A stretch of DNA of 24,000 bases from Hafnia alvei (GTDB lineage Bacteria > Pseudomonadota > Gammaproteobacteria > Enterobacterales > Enterobacteriaceae), in assembly GCF_964063325.1 (NCBI RefSeq), contig NZ_OZ061315.1, positions 3,950,532 through 3,974,531 of the forward strand, in the 5' to 3' direction. Each line of letters begins with the position of its first letter. Positions within the stretch are counted from its first letter, which is position 1. The notes under the pieces are model-generated. The model searched no databases and was not told the origin of the DNA. It saw only the letters and a program-made list of their open reading frames with translations. Of this stretch, positions 7,319 through 16,961 are shown piece after piece. The translations under genes were made by a program, and so were the position numbers.

Positions 7319-9076
7319 ATGCTAAATAACCGCCAGTTAACCATCATTGATATATTGGAACACCAAAATATAAGCGGTTTAGCGTTGGCTAAAAAAATAA
7401 ACGTTTCCACACGCACTATTATGCGTGATATCGACTACATTAATTTCACACTAGGTTCAGCAGCTATCATACGCTCTCCACTCAATAGTATAGGTTATAC
7501 ACTAGACATATTAGAACGTGAGGCGTTTTACCGTGCGTTAAGCAAGCATGATAACGATGACAGAATTCTTCTTGAACTATTAACCCAGCCCTACGTCACG
7601 CTGTCTGGCTTTGCAAATATCCTAAAACTGCCAGCGACAATTGTGGCTGAAAAAGTTAATCAGCTCAGAGCACGTTATGAAAAATCATTGTGTATTAGCT
7701 CTAAACCAAATGCAGGTCATTACATTGATGAACCACTGCTAAAAAAAACGCTTATTTTAGCAAATCTGATAAAAAAGAATCCGGCCGAAGTCTGCCCGTT
7801 GCTCAAAAGCACGCTCGAGAGTTATCGTGCGATGAGCGCAGCAGCTGAGCGTGTTCAGCCTCACATCGACTATCATTATAAGAACGGTGAGTATTTGGCA
7901 AGCCTGCTGCTCGCTGTATATCACATGCCACGTGAAACTACCGCTGGCACTACGCAAGATCCCTATTATTCACAGATCTATGCTGCCGCCGATCTGCCTA
8001 TAACTTATGCGCTTGTGGAGTGCGCCACAAACGTGATTAATATTTTAAAGCAAAATCAGTCGCGGATTAGTCCTACCACGTTACAACCGCTATTACATTC
8101 ACTCTGTCTACAGCACCGCGAAGGTTTTGTAGATAATGAGCTTATTAACGACCTCAGCCAACATATATCTCGCTATGCTGCCTATCCTGACTATTTACCC
8201 GACTATAGAAATAGTAGTATTAATCATATTAAAGCCACATACCCCGTAGCTTTTGATTTAAGCATCCAGTTAGTCAGCAAAATAAAAGAACACTTTGGTG
8301 TGGAAATTTTCGACATCGACCTTATTGGGCTTTATTTTTCTTGTGCTATTGAAAGACAAAATAGGGTTGAACAAAAAATAATTTTATTTTCCTCTCAATA
8401 TGCTATCGCTAACATTAACCGAATGGCAATTGAACGTGAAATCGCCGACACAACAGTGTTTATCGTCAACGATGTCAATGAACTTTATGCATTGCTTAAT
8501 GATACCTCCCCAATTTTAATCATCAATAACAGCCAAAACAGACTTCCAGAACTCGTTGATATTAAAACTATCACATTAAAAAGTATCATTTCCGAATCTG
8601 GAATTAAGAAAATTAAAGATTATATTAGTCATATCACCATCCGTAACAATCTAAATAAGTTTATTCCTGCCGAGCCTGCATTTAGCTATGACAATGCGCC
8701 GAACCAAAGTTGGCTTAGTATCATTAGCAGCATTTGCCAACTGTTGGAACGCCGAAAAATCATCAGCAAAGCGGATGCCGAGCGTATTTATCAGCGAGAA
8801 ACAGAAGGCGAAAATTTGATTGTGAATCACATCGCGATTCCACACTGCATCAGCGCAGATAAAAAATCATTTTTCGCCGTATTTGTCCGTCTAGCCATGC
8901 CGCTTATGCTCAATGGCGAATGGGTTTATCACGTGCTACTTACCTGTACTAATCCTACCGCAACCCACGAGTTACAGATATTCAGTTATTTGGCTTTTAC
9001 ATTAAATGCCTGTGATAAAAACCAAATTATGCAGATCAACGATCATGCTGATTTTATTGAACTGATTAAATCTTAG
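7319..9076 (+). CDS. frvR: PRD/PTS-domain transcriptional regulator (FrvR-like; HTH + PRD-like + EIIB-like + EIIA-like), 585 aa
   Basis: N-terminal winged-helix-like HTH (LTIIDILEHQNISGLALAKKINVSTRTIMRDIDYI). C-terminal EIIA-2-like segment with NHIAIPHC. Length and position match E. coli FrvR (about 582 aa, from memory). No recognisable SD precedes the ATG, and the gene is visibly AT-rich. Confidence 0.8.
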   Translation: MLNNRQLTIIDILEHQNISGLALAKKINVSTRTIMRDIDYINFTLGSAAIIRSPLNSIGYTLDILEREAFYRALSKHDNDDRILLELLTQPYVTLSGFANILKLPATIVAEKVNQLRARYEKSLCISSKPNAGHYIDEPLLKKTLILANLIKKNPAEVCPLLKSTLESYRAMSAAAERVQPHIDYHYKNGEYLASLLLAVYHMPRETTAGTTQDPYYSQIYAAADLPITYALVECATNVINILKQNQSRISPTTLQPLLHSLCLQHREGFVDNELINDLSQHISRYAAYPDYLPDYRNSSINHIKATYPVAFDLSIQLVSKIKEHFGVEIFDIDLIGLYFSCAIERQNRVEQKIILFSSQYAIANINRMAIEREIADTTVFIVNDVNELYALLNDTSPILIINNSQNRLPELVDIKTITLKSIISESGIKKIKDYISHITIRNNLNKFIPAEPAFSYDNAPNQSWLSIISSICQLLERRKIISKADAERIYQRETEGENLIVNHIAIPHCISADKKSFFAVFVRLAMPLMLNGEWVYHVLLTCTNPTATHELQIFSYLAFTLNACDKNQIMQINDHADFIELIKS

Positions 9077-9193
9077 ATATTGAATACCTAACATCACGCG
9101 GTGATATTTCAGTTCGTAAAGCAGTATCGTTTTTACAACGGCTCATCGAATATTTTTTGCTTTCTGTTTTTTGAGTTTTTCTACGATAAAAAA

Positions 9194-9228
9194 GATAAAA
9201 AAATGCCTGATGAAACTCATCAGGCATT
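9194..9228 (-). terminator. rho-independent terminator of ispH (may also stop convergent frvR transcription)
   Basis: 12-bp perfect stem AATGCCTGATGA (9202-9213) / TCATCAGGCATT (9217-9228). An A7 run at 9197-9203 partly overlaps the left stem arm and reads as a T-tract on the minus strand. It lies 38 nt downstream of the ispH stop. Confidence 0.7.
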
Positions 9229-9266
9229 GACAATATTATATTCTCATGCACTCAAATGGTTGAAGG

Positions 9267-10220
9267 TTAGTCAACCACTTTCACATCCACGCGCAATTCT
9301 TTAGGCACTTCAAAGACGATGTTTTCTTCACGCCCTTGCATCTCAACGGCACCTTCGCCGCCTAACGCTTGAAGGCGTTTAATCACGTCTTGAACCAAGA
9401 TATCAGGGGCTGAAGCACCTGCGGTGACGCCGATACGCTTCACATCTTTCAGCCACTCTTCGCGAATATCCTCCGCCGAGTCGATCAAAAATGCGGGGAT
9501 ACCTGCACGCTGGGCCAGTTCTGCCAAGCGGTTAGAGTTGGATGAGTTTTTCGACCCTACCACCAACACCACTTCAGCCTCACTAGCAAGGTTGCGCACG
9601 GCTTCCTGACGGTTGGTGGTGGCATAACAGATATCATCTTTACGCGGGCCGACAATCTTAGGGAATCGCTCACGCAGAGCATCAATGATGTCTGACGTAT
9701 CATCCACGGAAAGCGTGGTCTGAGTCATAAAGCACAGGTTATTTTCATTTTTCACCTGCAGCTTCCAAACGTCTTCCGGCGACTCAACCAAATACATCCC
9801 ACCCTCAGGATTATTGTATTGCCCCATCGTGCCTTCAACTTCTGGATGCCCCGCATGGCCAATCAAAATGGCCTCGGTTCCTTTACGGCTAGCACGCGCA
9901 ACTTCCATATGTACTTTAGTGACCAGTGGACAGGTCGCATCGTAGAGCATGGTGAGATTACGCGCTTTAGCTTCGGCGCGAACGGCTTGGGATACACCGT
10001 GAGCCGAGAAAATCAGAATCGTGTTATCGGGCACTTCACTGATTTCTTCAATGAACACCGCCCCGCGTTCGCGCAGGCTGTTGACCACATAGCGGTTATG
10101 TACCACTTCATGACGAACATAAATCGGCGCACCATAAATCTCTAGCGCGCGTTCAACGATACTAATGGCTCGGTCGACACCCGCGCAGAAGCCGCGCGGG
10201 TTAGCCAGCAGGATTTGCAT
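9267..10220 (-). CDS. ispH: 4-hydroxy-3-methylbut-2-enyl diphosphate reductase, 317 aa
   Basis: [23 protein letters not shown]... matches the E. coli IspH N-terminus exactly, so the start is set at ATG 10220 (GGGAGA upstream), not 10244. Similarity is high over the full length. Confidence 0.95.
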   Translation of the reverse strand: MQILLANPRGFCAGVDRAISIVERALEIYGAPIYVRHEVVHNRYVVNSLRERGAVFIEEISEVPDNTILIFSAHGVSQAVRAEAKARNLTMLYDATCPLVTKVHMEVARASRKGTEAILIGHAGHPEVEGTMGQYNNPEGGMYLVESPEDVWKLQVKNENNLCFMTQTTLSVDDTSDIIDALRERFPKIVGPRKDDICYATTNRQEAVRNLASEAEVVLVVGSKNSSNSNRLAELAQRAGIPAFLIDSAEDIREEWLKDVKRIGVTAGASAPDILVQDVIKRLQALGGEGAVEMQGREENIVFEVPKELRVDVKVVD

Positions 10221-10671
10221 CAACGTCTCCCTGCTGCGGGTCAATCTCCAACACCTCTACATCAAAGGTTACCGGATGTCCCGCAAGCGGATGGTTAAAA
10301 TCAACGGTCACTGAGTCACAAGCAACTTCACGCACGATACCCGGCATTTCGCTGCCGTCTCGGCCAGTGAACATCATAATGGTTCCCGCTTCCGGCACGC
10401 CAACGTCGGCGAAATCACGGCGGGTAAAGAACTGAACCAAATCGGGGCTATTTTCACCAAACGCGTCTTGCGGCTGCAAGGTGAACTGGAACTTATCGCC
10501 CGCCTGATGTCCCAGCAAGTGCTCTTCCAGCGCGTCGGATAAACTGCCATCGCCCAAACGGAACAACGCAGGTTTGCCGCAGCTGCGCGTTGACTCGGCC
10601 TGCGTGCCATCCTCTAACTGCAAGGTAAAATGCACTAACACTGCGCTGTTGCTTTGCACTTGCTGAGTCAT
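10201..10671 (-). CDS. fkpB: FKBP-type peptidyl-prolyl isomerase, 156 aa
   Basis: ...[13 protein letters not shown]...[10 protein letters not shown]...DFNHPLAG...EVLEIDP is collinear with E. coli FkpB, and the position between lspA and ispH is conserved. A short C-terminal extension overlaps the ispH start by 20 nt. Confidence 0.9.
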   Translation of the reverse strand: MTQQVQSNSAVLVHFTLQLEDGTQAESTRSCGKPALFRLGDGSLSDALEEHLLGHQAGDKFQFTLQPQDAFGENSPDLVQFFTRRDFADVGVPEAGTIMMFTGRDGSEMPGIVREVACDSVTVDFNHPLAGHPVTFDVEVLEIDPQQGDVDANPAG

Positions 10672-10676
10672 ACCTG

Positions 10677-11180
10677 CTATCCCTTTTTCTTCGCGGGAAG
10701 GAAACCTTCCAAAACAATGAGTGCTGCGCCAATACAGATCGCCGAGTCAGCTAGGTTGAAGGTGGCAAAATGCCAATCTCCCACGTAGAAGTCGATCATA
10801 TCGACAACAAAACCATGCCACAGACGATCAAACAGATTGCCCAGTGCCCCACCGATAATCAGCGCATAGGCGATGTTATTGAGTTTTTGTGTCGCCCGAG
10901 AGCGATACATCATCACTAACAACGCCACGCAGATGGCGATGGCGATACCGGCAAAGAACCAGCGCTGCCAGCCACCGCTGTCAGCCAAGAAGCTGAAAGC
11001 GGCGCCGTAGTTGCGTGCATAGTGTAGATTTAGCGATGGCAGCAGTGCTTTGGTTTCACCCAAGGCGAAGTCCTGCAAAATTAAATACTTGCTGCCTAAA
11101 TCAATCACTAACACGACAAGCACCAGCCAAAGCCAGCGCAGTCCCGTAGACATTATTGGTCGTTTCATCGCGTCAGCCAT
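10677..11180 (-). CDS. lspA: lipoprotein signal peptidase II, 167 aa
   Basis: STGLRWLWL...[26 protein letters not shown]...FATFNLAD is near-identical to E. coli LspA. The ATG overlaps the ileS TAA by 1 nt, as in E. coli. Internal Met5 and Met10 are alternative starts. Confidence 0.93.
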   Translation of the reverse strand: MADAMKRPIMSTGLRWLWLVLVVLVIDLGSKYLILQDFALGETKALLPSLNLHYARNYGAAFSFLADSGGWQRWFFAGIAIAICVALLVMMYRSRATQKLNNIAYALIIGGALGNLFDRLWHGFVVDMIDFYVGDWHFATFNLADSAICIGAALIVLEGFLPAKKKG

Positions 11181-14029
11181 TATGCAAACTTACGTTTTTC
11201 GCCGTGACCGGCAACGTTCGTAATGCAACGTGGGCACAGGTCTGGATGCTCAGCATTCTGACCAATCTCGGTAGAGAAGTGCCAGCAGCGAGGACATTTC
11301 TGACCATCAGCCTTGAGCAACGCAACTTTCAGACCTTTCAGCACATCGCTTTGTACGGCGTCTGCCGGTGCGTTTGCCAATGGTTCAACCTGAGCCGCAG
11401 AGGTGATCAGCACGAAGCGCAGTTCATCTTCTAGGCTGTTCAGTTTGGCGATCAAATCGTCATCCGCATACAGCGTTACGCTGGCTTCCAAAGAGCCGCC
11501 TACGCGTTTGTCGTTACGTGCCTGCTCAATGACCTTGTTCACTTCACCACGTACTTTCAGCAGCTCGGCCCAGAACTCGTTGTTCATAGACTCCGCGTTG
11601 CCTAAGCCGAACAGGCCCTGATACCACTCTTCAGTGAAAACATACTCGGCGCGGTCGCCCGGCAAGTAGCCCCACAGTTCATCGGCGGTAAAGGACATGA
11701 TCGGTGCCATCCAGCGAACCAGTGCCTCGGCAATGTGGAACAACGCAGTCTGGCAGCTACGACGCGCAATGCTGTCGGCTTTGGTGGTGTACTGACGATC
11801 TTTGATGATATCCAGATAGAAGGAACCCATCTCAACCGAGCAGAACTGCATCAGGCGTTGAACCACTTCGTGGAAATCATAGTTTTCATAGGAAACCAGA
11901 ATTTCTTTCTGTGCTTCCATCGCACGCTCTACCGCCCAGCGATCCAGAACTACCATCTCTTCAGGTTTCACCATGTGCTGTTTCGGGTCGAAGCCGTTCA
12001 GGTTAGCCAACAAGAAACGTGCGGTGTTACGGATGCGACGATAAGAGTCGGCAGAACGCTTCAGAATTTCATCTGAAACCGCGATTTCACCGGTGTAGTC
12101 GGTAGAAGCCACCCATAGACGTAGGATATCGCCACCCAGTTTGTTCATCACATCCTGAGGGCTCACGGTGTTACCGATAGATTTGGACATTTTGCGTCCC
12201 TGACCATCAACGGTGAAGCCGTGAGTCAGTACCTGACGGTAAGGCGCTTTGCCTTTCATCGCGGTAGAAATCATCAGAGAAGACATAAACCAACCACGAT
12301 GCTGGTCAGAGCCTTCCAAATACATATCTGCGGTGTTGCCATGGAATTCAGGGCGTGCATCAACCACGGAGAAGCTGGTTGAACCGGAGTCAAACCATAC
12401 GTCCAAGGTATCTGGCACTTTTTCATACTGGTCAGCGTCTGCGCCCAAAATATCTTTTGGATCCAGATCCCACCAAGCTTGAATACCGTCTTTCTCAACG
12501 CGCTTCGCCACTTCTTCCATCAATTCGATGGTACGCGGATGCAGTTCCTGAGTGTCTTTATGCACAAACATCGACATTGGCACACCCCACGTACGCTGAC
12601 GAGAGATACACCAGTCAGGACGGTTTGCCACCATTGATTCGATACGTGCTTTACCCCATGCAGGGATCCAGCCGCTCATACCGTTTTCTTTCAGGCCAAC
12701 CTGTTCAATTTCGTCGATCTCAGCCAGAGACTGTTTACGCAGCCCTTTCTGATCCATGCTGATAAACCACTGCGGGGTCGCACGGAAAATGATCGGCGTT
12801 TTATGGCGCCAGCAGCATGGATAGCTATGATTCATTTTTTCAACGTGCAGCAAAGCGCCGTGCTCTTTCAGCAGCTCAACCACAACGTCGTTGGCTTTGA
12901 ATACAAACAAACCATCCAGACCTGGGAAGGTGCCTTTCAAATAGCAACCGTTCGAGCCGACTGGGTTTGCGGTTTCCAAACCATATTTTTGACCGATGAC
13001 ATAGTCATCTGGGCCATGACCCGGCGCGGTATGTACCGCACCTGTACCGGCTTCAAGCGTAACGTGCTCGCCCAGAACGATAGGCACATCAAAGCCCATG
13101 AATGGATGTTGGAAACGCATCAGTTCCAGATCGGCACCTTTGCAGCTTCCCAGCACGGTCCAAGACGTAATACCGGCGCGCTTCATCACGCTTTCAACCA
13201 GATCAGCCGCCAAAATCAGGCATTCGCCGTCAACCTGAACCAGTTGGTATTCGAATTCAGGATGTAATGAAACCGCACGGTTAGCTGGCATTGTCCACGG
13301 TGTGGTGGTCCAGATAACAACAGAAACGTTGCCTTCGGCTTCTTTAACGCCAAATTTAGCCAATACTTCGTTCTTATTGACCGCGGCAAAGCGCACGTCA
13401 ATAGACGGAGAGGTTTTGTCGTAGTACTCAACTTCGGCTTCAGCCAGTGAAGAACCACAGTCTGGGCACCAGTGAACCGGCTTAGCACCTTTCATTAGGT
13501 GGCCGTTATCAACGATTTTAGCCAGCGCACGGATGATGTTAGCTTCGGTATCAAACGCCATCGTCAAGTAAGGATGATCCCAATCGCCCAGCACGCCCAG
13601 ACGTTTGAAATCAGCTTTTTGGCCTTCAACCTGTTCGGCGGCGTATTCACGGCATTTAGCACGGAACTCAGCGGCGCTGAATTTCTCGCCTGGCTTACCA
13701 ATCAGCTGCTCAACTTTCAGCTCAATCGGCAGACCGTGGCAGTCCCAGCCTGGGATGTACGGTGAGTCAAAACCGCTCAGGCCTTTGGACTTAATAATAA
13801 TGTCTTTAAGAATCTTATTTACTGAGTGACCAATATGAATACTGCCGTTCGCATAAGGAGGGCCATCGTGCAAAATGAAAGTTTTCTTGCCTTTCTTCGC
13901 GTTACGGATAATCCCGTACAGATCCTGCTCATACCAACGTTGCAGCATGCCAGGTTCGCGCTTGGCGAGATCGCCGCGCATCGGGAACCCTGTTTCCGGC
14001 AAGTTCAGGGTATTCTTATAATCACTCAT
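11180..14029 (-). CDS. ileS: isoleucyl-tRNA synthetase, 949 aa
   Basis: Class I aaRS motifs are present: [11 protein letters not shown] (HIGH) and KMSKS. The C-terminal zinc-binding CPRCW...CPRC is also present. The protein is collinear with E. coli IleS from MSDYK to EKRKFA. Confidence 0.97.
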   Translation of the reverse strand: MSDYKNTLNLPETGFPMRGDLAKREPGMLQRWYEQDLYGIIRNAKKGKKTFILHDGPPYANGSIHIGHSVNKILKDIIIKSKGLSGFDSPYIPGWDCHGLPIELKVEQLIGKPGEKFSAAEFRAKCREYAAEQVEGQKADFKRLGVLGDWDHPYLTMAFDTEANIIRALAKIVDNGHLMKGAKPVHWCPDCGSSLAEAEVEYYDKTSPSIDVRFAAVNKNEVLAKFGVKEAEGNVSVVIWTTTPWTMPANRAVSLHPEFEYQLVQVDGECLILAADLVESVMKRAGITSWTVLGSCKGADLELMRFQHPFMGFDVPIVLGEHVTLEAGTGAVHTAPGHGPDDYVIGQKYGLETANPVGSNGCYLKGTFPGLDGLFVFKANDVVVELLKEHGALLHVEKMNHSYPCCWRHKTPIIFRATPQWFISMDQKGLRKQSLAEIDEIEQVGLKENGMSGWIPAWGKARIESMVANRPDWCISRQRTWGVPMSMFVHKDTQELHPRTIELMEEVAKRVEKDGIQAWWDLDPKDILGADADQYEKVPDTLDVWFDSGSTSFSVVDARPEFHGNTADMYLEGSDQHRGWFMSSLMISTAMKGKAPYRQVLTHGFTVDGQGRKMSKSIGNTVSPQDVMNKLGGDILRLWVASTDYTGEIAVSDEILKRSADSYRRIRNTARFLLANLNGFDPKQHMVKPEEMVVLDRWAVERAMEAQKEILVSYENYDFHEVVQRLMQFCSVEMGSFYLDIIKDRQYTTKADSIARRSCQTALFHIAEALVRWMAPIMSFTADELWGYLPGDRAEYVFTEEWYQGLFGLGNAESMNNEFWAELLKVRGEVNKVIEQARNDKRVGGSLEASVTLYADDDLIAKLNSLEDELRFVLITSAAQVEPLANAPADAVQSDVLKGLKVALLKADGQKCPRCWHFSTEIGQNAEHPDLCPRCITNVAGHGEKRKFA

Positions 14030-14115
14030 TCGATTCTCGGTTCCGTTTTCGGCTATCCCCTTGGCTCAATAAGCTGCTCATGCAGCTTTTATGACTTTGG
14101 GCATATGTATATAGA

Positions 14116-15054
14116 TTAAACCGGTGTCGCCAGCCCAAAGAATTCCCGGGCCGTCACCACATCATTGGCGATTTGTTGCTTAAGTGCATCAAGCGAAGCA
14201 AAACGCTGTTCATTGCGCAGTTTTGCGCGGAGCACCACATCAATGTGGCGTCCATAGAGATCCATCGTGGTATCCAGTAGATGAACTTCTAGCTGCTGAC
14301 GTATGCCAGCGACTGTTGGGCGGGTACCAATATTAGCCACACCGGGCAACGGTGTTGCTCCCAACCCATAAACATCAACGGCGTATACGCCTTTTACCGG
14401 TGCAACCAACCGTTTCAACGGTAGGTTGGCGGTTGGAAAACCAATAGTGCGCCCAACTTCATCACCGTGCACAACGCGCCCAGAAATGCTGTATGGATGG
14501 CCCAAAAGGCTTTCCGCGAGTTCAAGCTTATCTTCCTGCAATGCCTGTCGAACGGCGGTGCTGCTAATGCGCTTATTCCCTTCGCAAAAGCTGTCAGAGT
14601 TGGTCACGGTAAAGCCGAACTGTTCCCCGGCCTGTTTCAACAACTCATAGTCGCCCTGACGCCCAGCGCCAAAACGAAAATCATCACCGACCATCAAATA
14701 TTTTACGCCGAGCTTTTCAACGAGTAACTTTTTAACAAAGTCATGAGCTGAATTCGCCGCAAAATCACGGTTAAAACGTACGCACAGGAGATAATCAACT
14801 CCTGCTTCTGCCAGATAGTGACATTTATCGCGTAACCGAGTCAGGCGAGCCGGCGCTTTATCTGCGCTGAACAGCTCTAACGGCTGGGGCTCAAAGATCA
14901 TCACCATGACGGGCAGCCCCAAGCGCTTCCCTTCCTGCTTCAAACGGGCCAGCAAGGCCTGATGACCGCGGTGCACACCATCGAAGTTACCGATCGTCAG
15001 CACGCAGCCATGGTGGCGCGCCCGTAGATTGTGAATGCCGCGAATTAGCTCCAT
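14116..15054 (-). CDS. ribF: bifunctional riboflavin kinase / FMN adenylyltransferase, 312 aa
   Basis: LIRGIHNL...TIGNFDGVHRGH...GDDFRFG...GFPTANL...PVKGVYAV is collinear with E. coli RibF. Its position upstream of ileS is conserved. Confidence 0.95.
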   Translation of the reverse strand: MELIRGIHNLRARHHGCVLTIGNFDGVHRGHQALLARLKQEGKRLGLPVMVMIFEPQPLELFSADKAPARLTRLRDKCHYLAEAGVDYLLCVRFNRDFAANSAHDFVKKLLVEKLGVKYLMVGDDFRFGAGRQGDYELLKQAGEQFGFTVTNSDSFCEGNKRISSTAVRQALQEDKLELAESLLGHPYSISGRVVHGDEVGRTIGFPTANLPLKRLVAPVKGVYAVDVYGLGATPLPGVANIGTRPTVAGIRQQLEVHLLDTTMDLYGRHIDVVLRAKLRNEQRFASLDALKQQIANDVVTAREFFGLATPV

Positions 15055-15288
15055 ATCAGGCTCAAAACAGTGGAAATCGGCGGATTATACCTTGTACAGA
15101 GACTAAGGTTAACCAGCGATTAGAGAGTTTAAAGGGATTCTGCCACCATACCGGAGATAAGCCGCCGGTTAAATACATTACGCATGATTTCTACCACTCT
15201 ATTTGTCTTTCGATAAAATCATATCCGTTACTCACCCCATCGCCTTTCAAGATGCTGGGGTATAAACCTGCGCTTTTATTGCAAACGC

Positions 15289-15297
15289 TGATATAAT
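15289..15297 (+). promoter_or_regulatory. candidate extended -10 promoter (distal rpsT promoter?)
   Basis: TGaTATAAT has a perfect -10 hexamer (15292-15297) with the TGn extension. The -35 is weak (TGCGCT). It faces rpsT about 200 nt upstream of its start. Confidence 0.35.
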
Positions 15298-15420
15298 CAG
15301 CAACCGCACAGGAAAAAACTCTCGAAAGGGTGTATTCCAAGGGACAAAGCTGGTAAAATCCCGCGCCATCACAACGCGAAAGTGTCGTTCGTACAAGCGA
15401 CGCTTATTTGCACAAATCCA

Positions 15421-15449
15421 TTGACAACAGAGGGCTAAAAAGGCATATT
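15421..15449 (+). promoter_or_regulatory. candidate sigma70 promoter proximal to rpsT
   Basis: Consensus TTGACA (15421-15426), 17-nt spacer, CATATT (15444-15449), about 47 nt upstream of the rpsT start codon. Confidence 0.45.
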
Positions 15450-15495
15450 TCTCGGCCTTTGAATTGTCCTCATAGAATATTTTGGGAGTTGGACC

Positions 15496-15759
15496 TTGGC
15501 TAATATCAAATCAGCTAAGAAACGCGCCGTACAATCTGAGAAGCGCCGCAAGCACAACGCTAGCCGTCGCTCCATGATGCGTACTTTCCTTAAGAAAGTA
15601 TACGCGGCGATTGCAACCGGCGATAAAGCCGCTGCACAAAACGCATTTAACGAAATGCAACCAATCGTGGATCGCCAGGCTTGTAAAGGCCTGATCCACA
15701 AAAACAAAGCTGCACGCCATAAGTCAAACTTGGTAGCGCAAATCAACGCAATGCAGTAA
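15496..15759 (+). CDS. rpsT: 30S ribosomal protein S20, 87 aa
   Basis: [11 protein letters not shown]...[20 protein letters not shown] is near-identical to E. coli S20. It has a TTG start codon, as in E. coli rpsT, preceded by GGGAG. Confidence 0.96.
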   Translation: MANIKSAKKRAVQSEKRRKHNASRRSMMRTFLKKVYAAIATGDKAAAQNAFNEMQPIVDRQACKGLIHKNKAARHKSNLVAQINAMQ

Positions 15760-15781
15760 TTGCTTTACGTTGAAAGCTTTG

Positions 15782-15809
15782 AAAAAAACCGGCCTAGGCC
15801 GGTTTTTTT
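15782..15809. terminator. bidirectional rho-independent terminator between convergent rpsT and nhaR
   Basis: AAAAAAA-CCGGCCTAGGCCGG-TTTTTTT: a GC palindrome flanked by an A-run and a T-run, so it can work on both strands. Confidence 0.75.
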
Positions 15810-15840
15810 ACGTCTCAACGTTACATCTCAACTAAGGCGC

Positions 15841-16743
15841 CTATCGGCTAAACAACGCTGAGAAATCTTTGTTACAGACACGCTGTACCGCCGGATGCTG
15901 AATCATTCGCTCGGCAAAAATCACGTAATACTCTTCCTGCAAGTTATCAATCCGCCCCACTTCCTTGATGTTTTCTGAGTCGTTCGCGTATAAATCCTGT
16001 GCATAAATCGACGGCGCAACAAAAATAGCATCGTGGAATTGAGCAAACGCCTTCATCAAAGCCGCATCATCAAACTCGCCGAGGATCTGCACCTGTAGCC
16101 CTTGGCTATTGAACCAGTTTAATAATTTACGTCCTAACATGGTTCGACGGCCTGGGATCAATAGCTTACGTTGCTCAAGGCAGGCAGGAAACGGCTGCTC
16201 AGGCAACGGCTGGCGACAGTAGAAACTCACGCCACACTCACCCAGCTTTACCGAGAACAGCCCTTCTTGCTGGCTAGAATCCACCGGACAATCCGATAAA
16301 ATCATATCCAGCTTATGCTGGCTTAGCTGTTCCAACAGCATTTCATGTGTGGATTCAAAGCAGCGCAAATGAATTTGCTCGTGATCGGCAACCGCGGTTT
16401 CCAATACTTGGCTGACCAAGCGTTTAGACAGCGCATCGGCAACGCCAACGTCAAAGAGCATGTTGGATTCTTTGCGGTAGTTCACAATGTCGAGCATTTC
16501 TTGGCTAAGCATAAACATGCGGTCGGCATAACGAAAAACCAACTGTCCTAGCTCAGAAGGCACTAATCCGCGGCCTTGACGCTTAAATAGCTTTCCGCCC
16601 AAGCGTTCTTCTAAGGCTTTAATCTGTCCGGTAATCGTCTGCGGCGTTAAAAACAGCGCTTCAGCTGCGCCGACGACAGACCCTTCTTTGCAAACCTGCC
16701 AGAAATAATACAGGTGGTTAAAATTGATATGTGCCAGACGCAC
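15841..16743 (-). CDS. nhaR: LysR-family transcriptional activator of nhaA, 300 aa
   Basis: [40 protein letters not shown] is collinear with E. coli NhaR. It has a GTG start preceded by AGGAGAG. Its position downstream of nhaA is conserved. Confidence 0.93.
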   Translation of the reverse strand: MRLAHINFNHLYYFWQVCKEGSVVGAAEALFLTPQTITGQIKALEERLGGKLFKRQGRGLVPSELGQLVFRYADRMFMLSQEMLDIVNYRKESNMLFDVGVADALSKRLVSQVLETAVADHEQIHLRCFESTHEMLLEQLSQHKLDMILSDCPVDSSQQEGLFSVKLGECGVSFYCRQPLPEQPFPACLEQRKLLIPGRRTMLGRKLLNWFNSQGLQVQILGEFDDAALMKAFAQFHDAIFVAPSIYAQDLYANDSENIKEVGRIDNLQEEYYVIFAERMIQHPAVQRVCNKDFSALFSR

Positions 16744-16920
16744 GATAGTGCTCTCCTATTCCCTTTCGCATAGTGAAAAACGATGCGAACATTGCTGCGG
16801 TATTTAAATCCAAAAGGCGGCACAAACAGTGCGACCAAGAAGGCGCAGCGGCGTATGACTTATCTTGCCACTAAAACCACTAAGCACCTATGATGAAGCC
16901 TCCCCAACGGGAGCCAGATT

Positions 16921-16952
16921 ACAAAAGGCGCTCCATTTTCAATAAGAGCGCC
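16921..16952 (-). terminator. terminator-like hairpin immediately after nhaA
   Basis: On the minus strand: GGCGCTC, 12-nt loop, GAGCGCC, then TTTTGT. The stem arms are at 16927-16933 and 16946-16952, and the structure starts 10 nt after the nhaA stop. The large loop and short T-run make it moderate at best. Confidence 0.45.
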
Positions 16953-16961
16953 CAAGAATAC

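Noticed and set aside
9101-9304. 67-aa ORF spanning the frvR-ispH spacer
   Set aside because: It runs through the ispH terminator and into the ispH 3' end. It has no SD, and the peptide is low-complexity and Phe-rich, derived from a T-rich spacer.
10221-10244. Longer ispH start ([13 protein letters not shown]...)
   Set aside because: E. coli IspH begins exactly at [11 protein letters not shown]. The ATG at 10220 has its own GGGAGA SD, and the longer form would deepen the overlap with fkpB.
11735-13267. Several 113-154 aa ORFs antisense to ileS
   Set aside because: All are nested in a highly conserved gene and lack start signals. Their sequences look like reverse-frame artefacts.
14071-14088. 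7-bp hairpin AAGCTGC-tcat-GCAGCTT in the ribF-ileS spacer as an ileS attenuator
   Set aside because: On the transcribed (minus) strand it is not followed by a T-tract. No leader peptide is evident, and ileS is not known to be attenuated in enterics.
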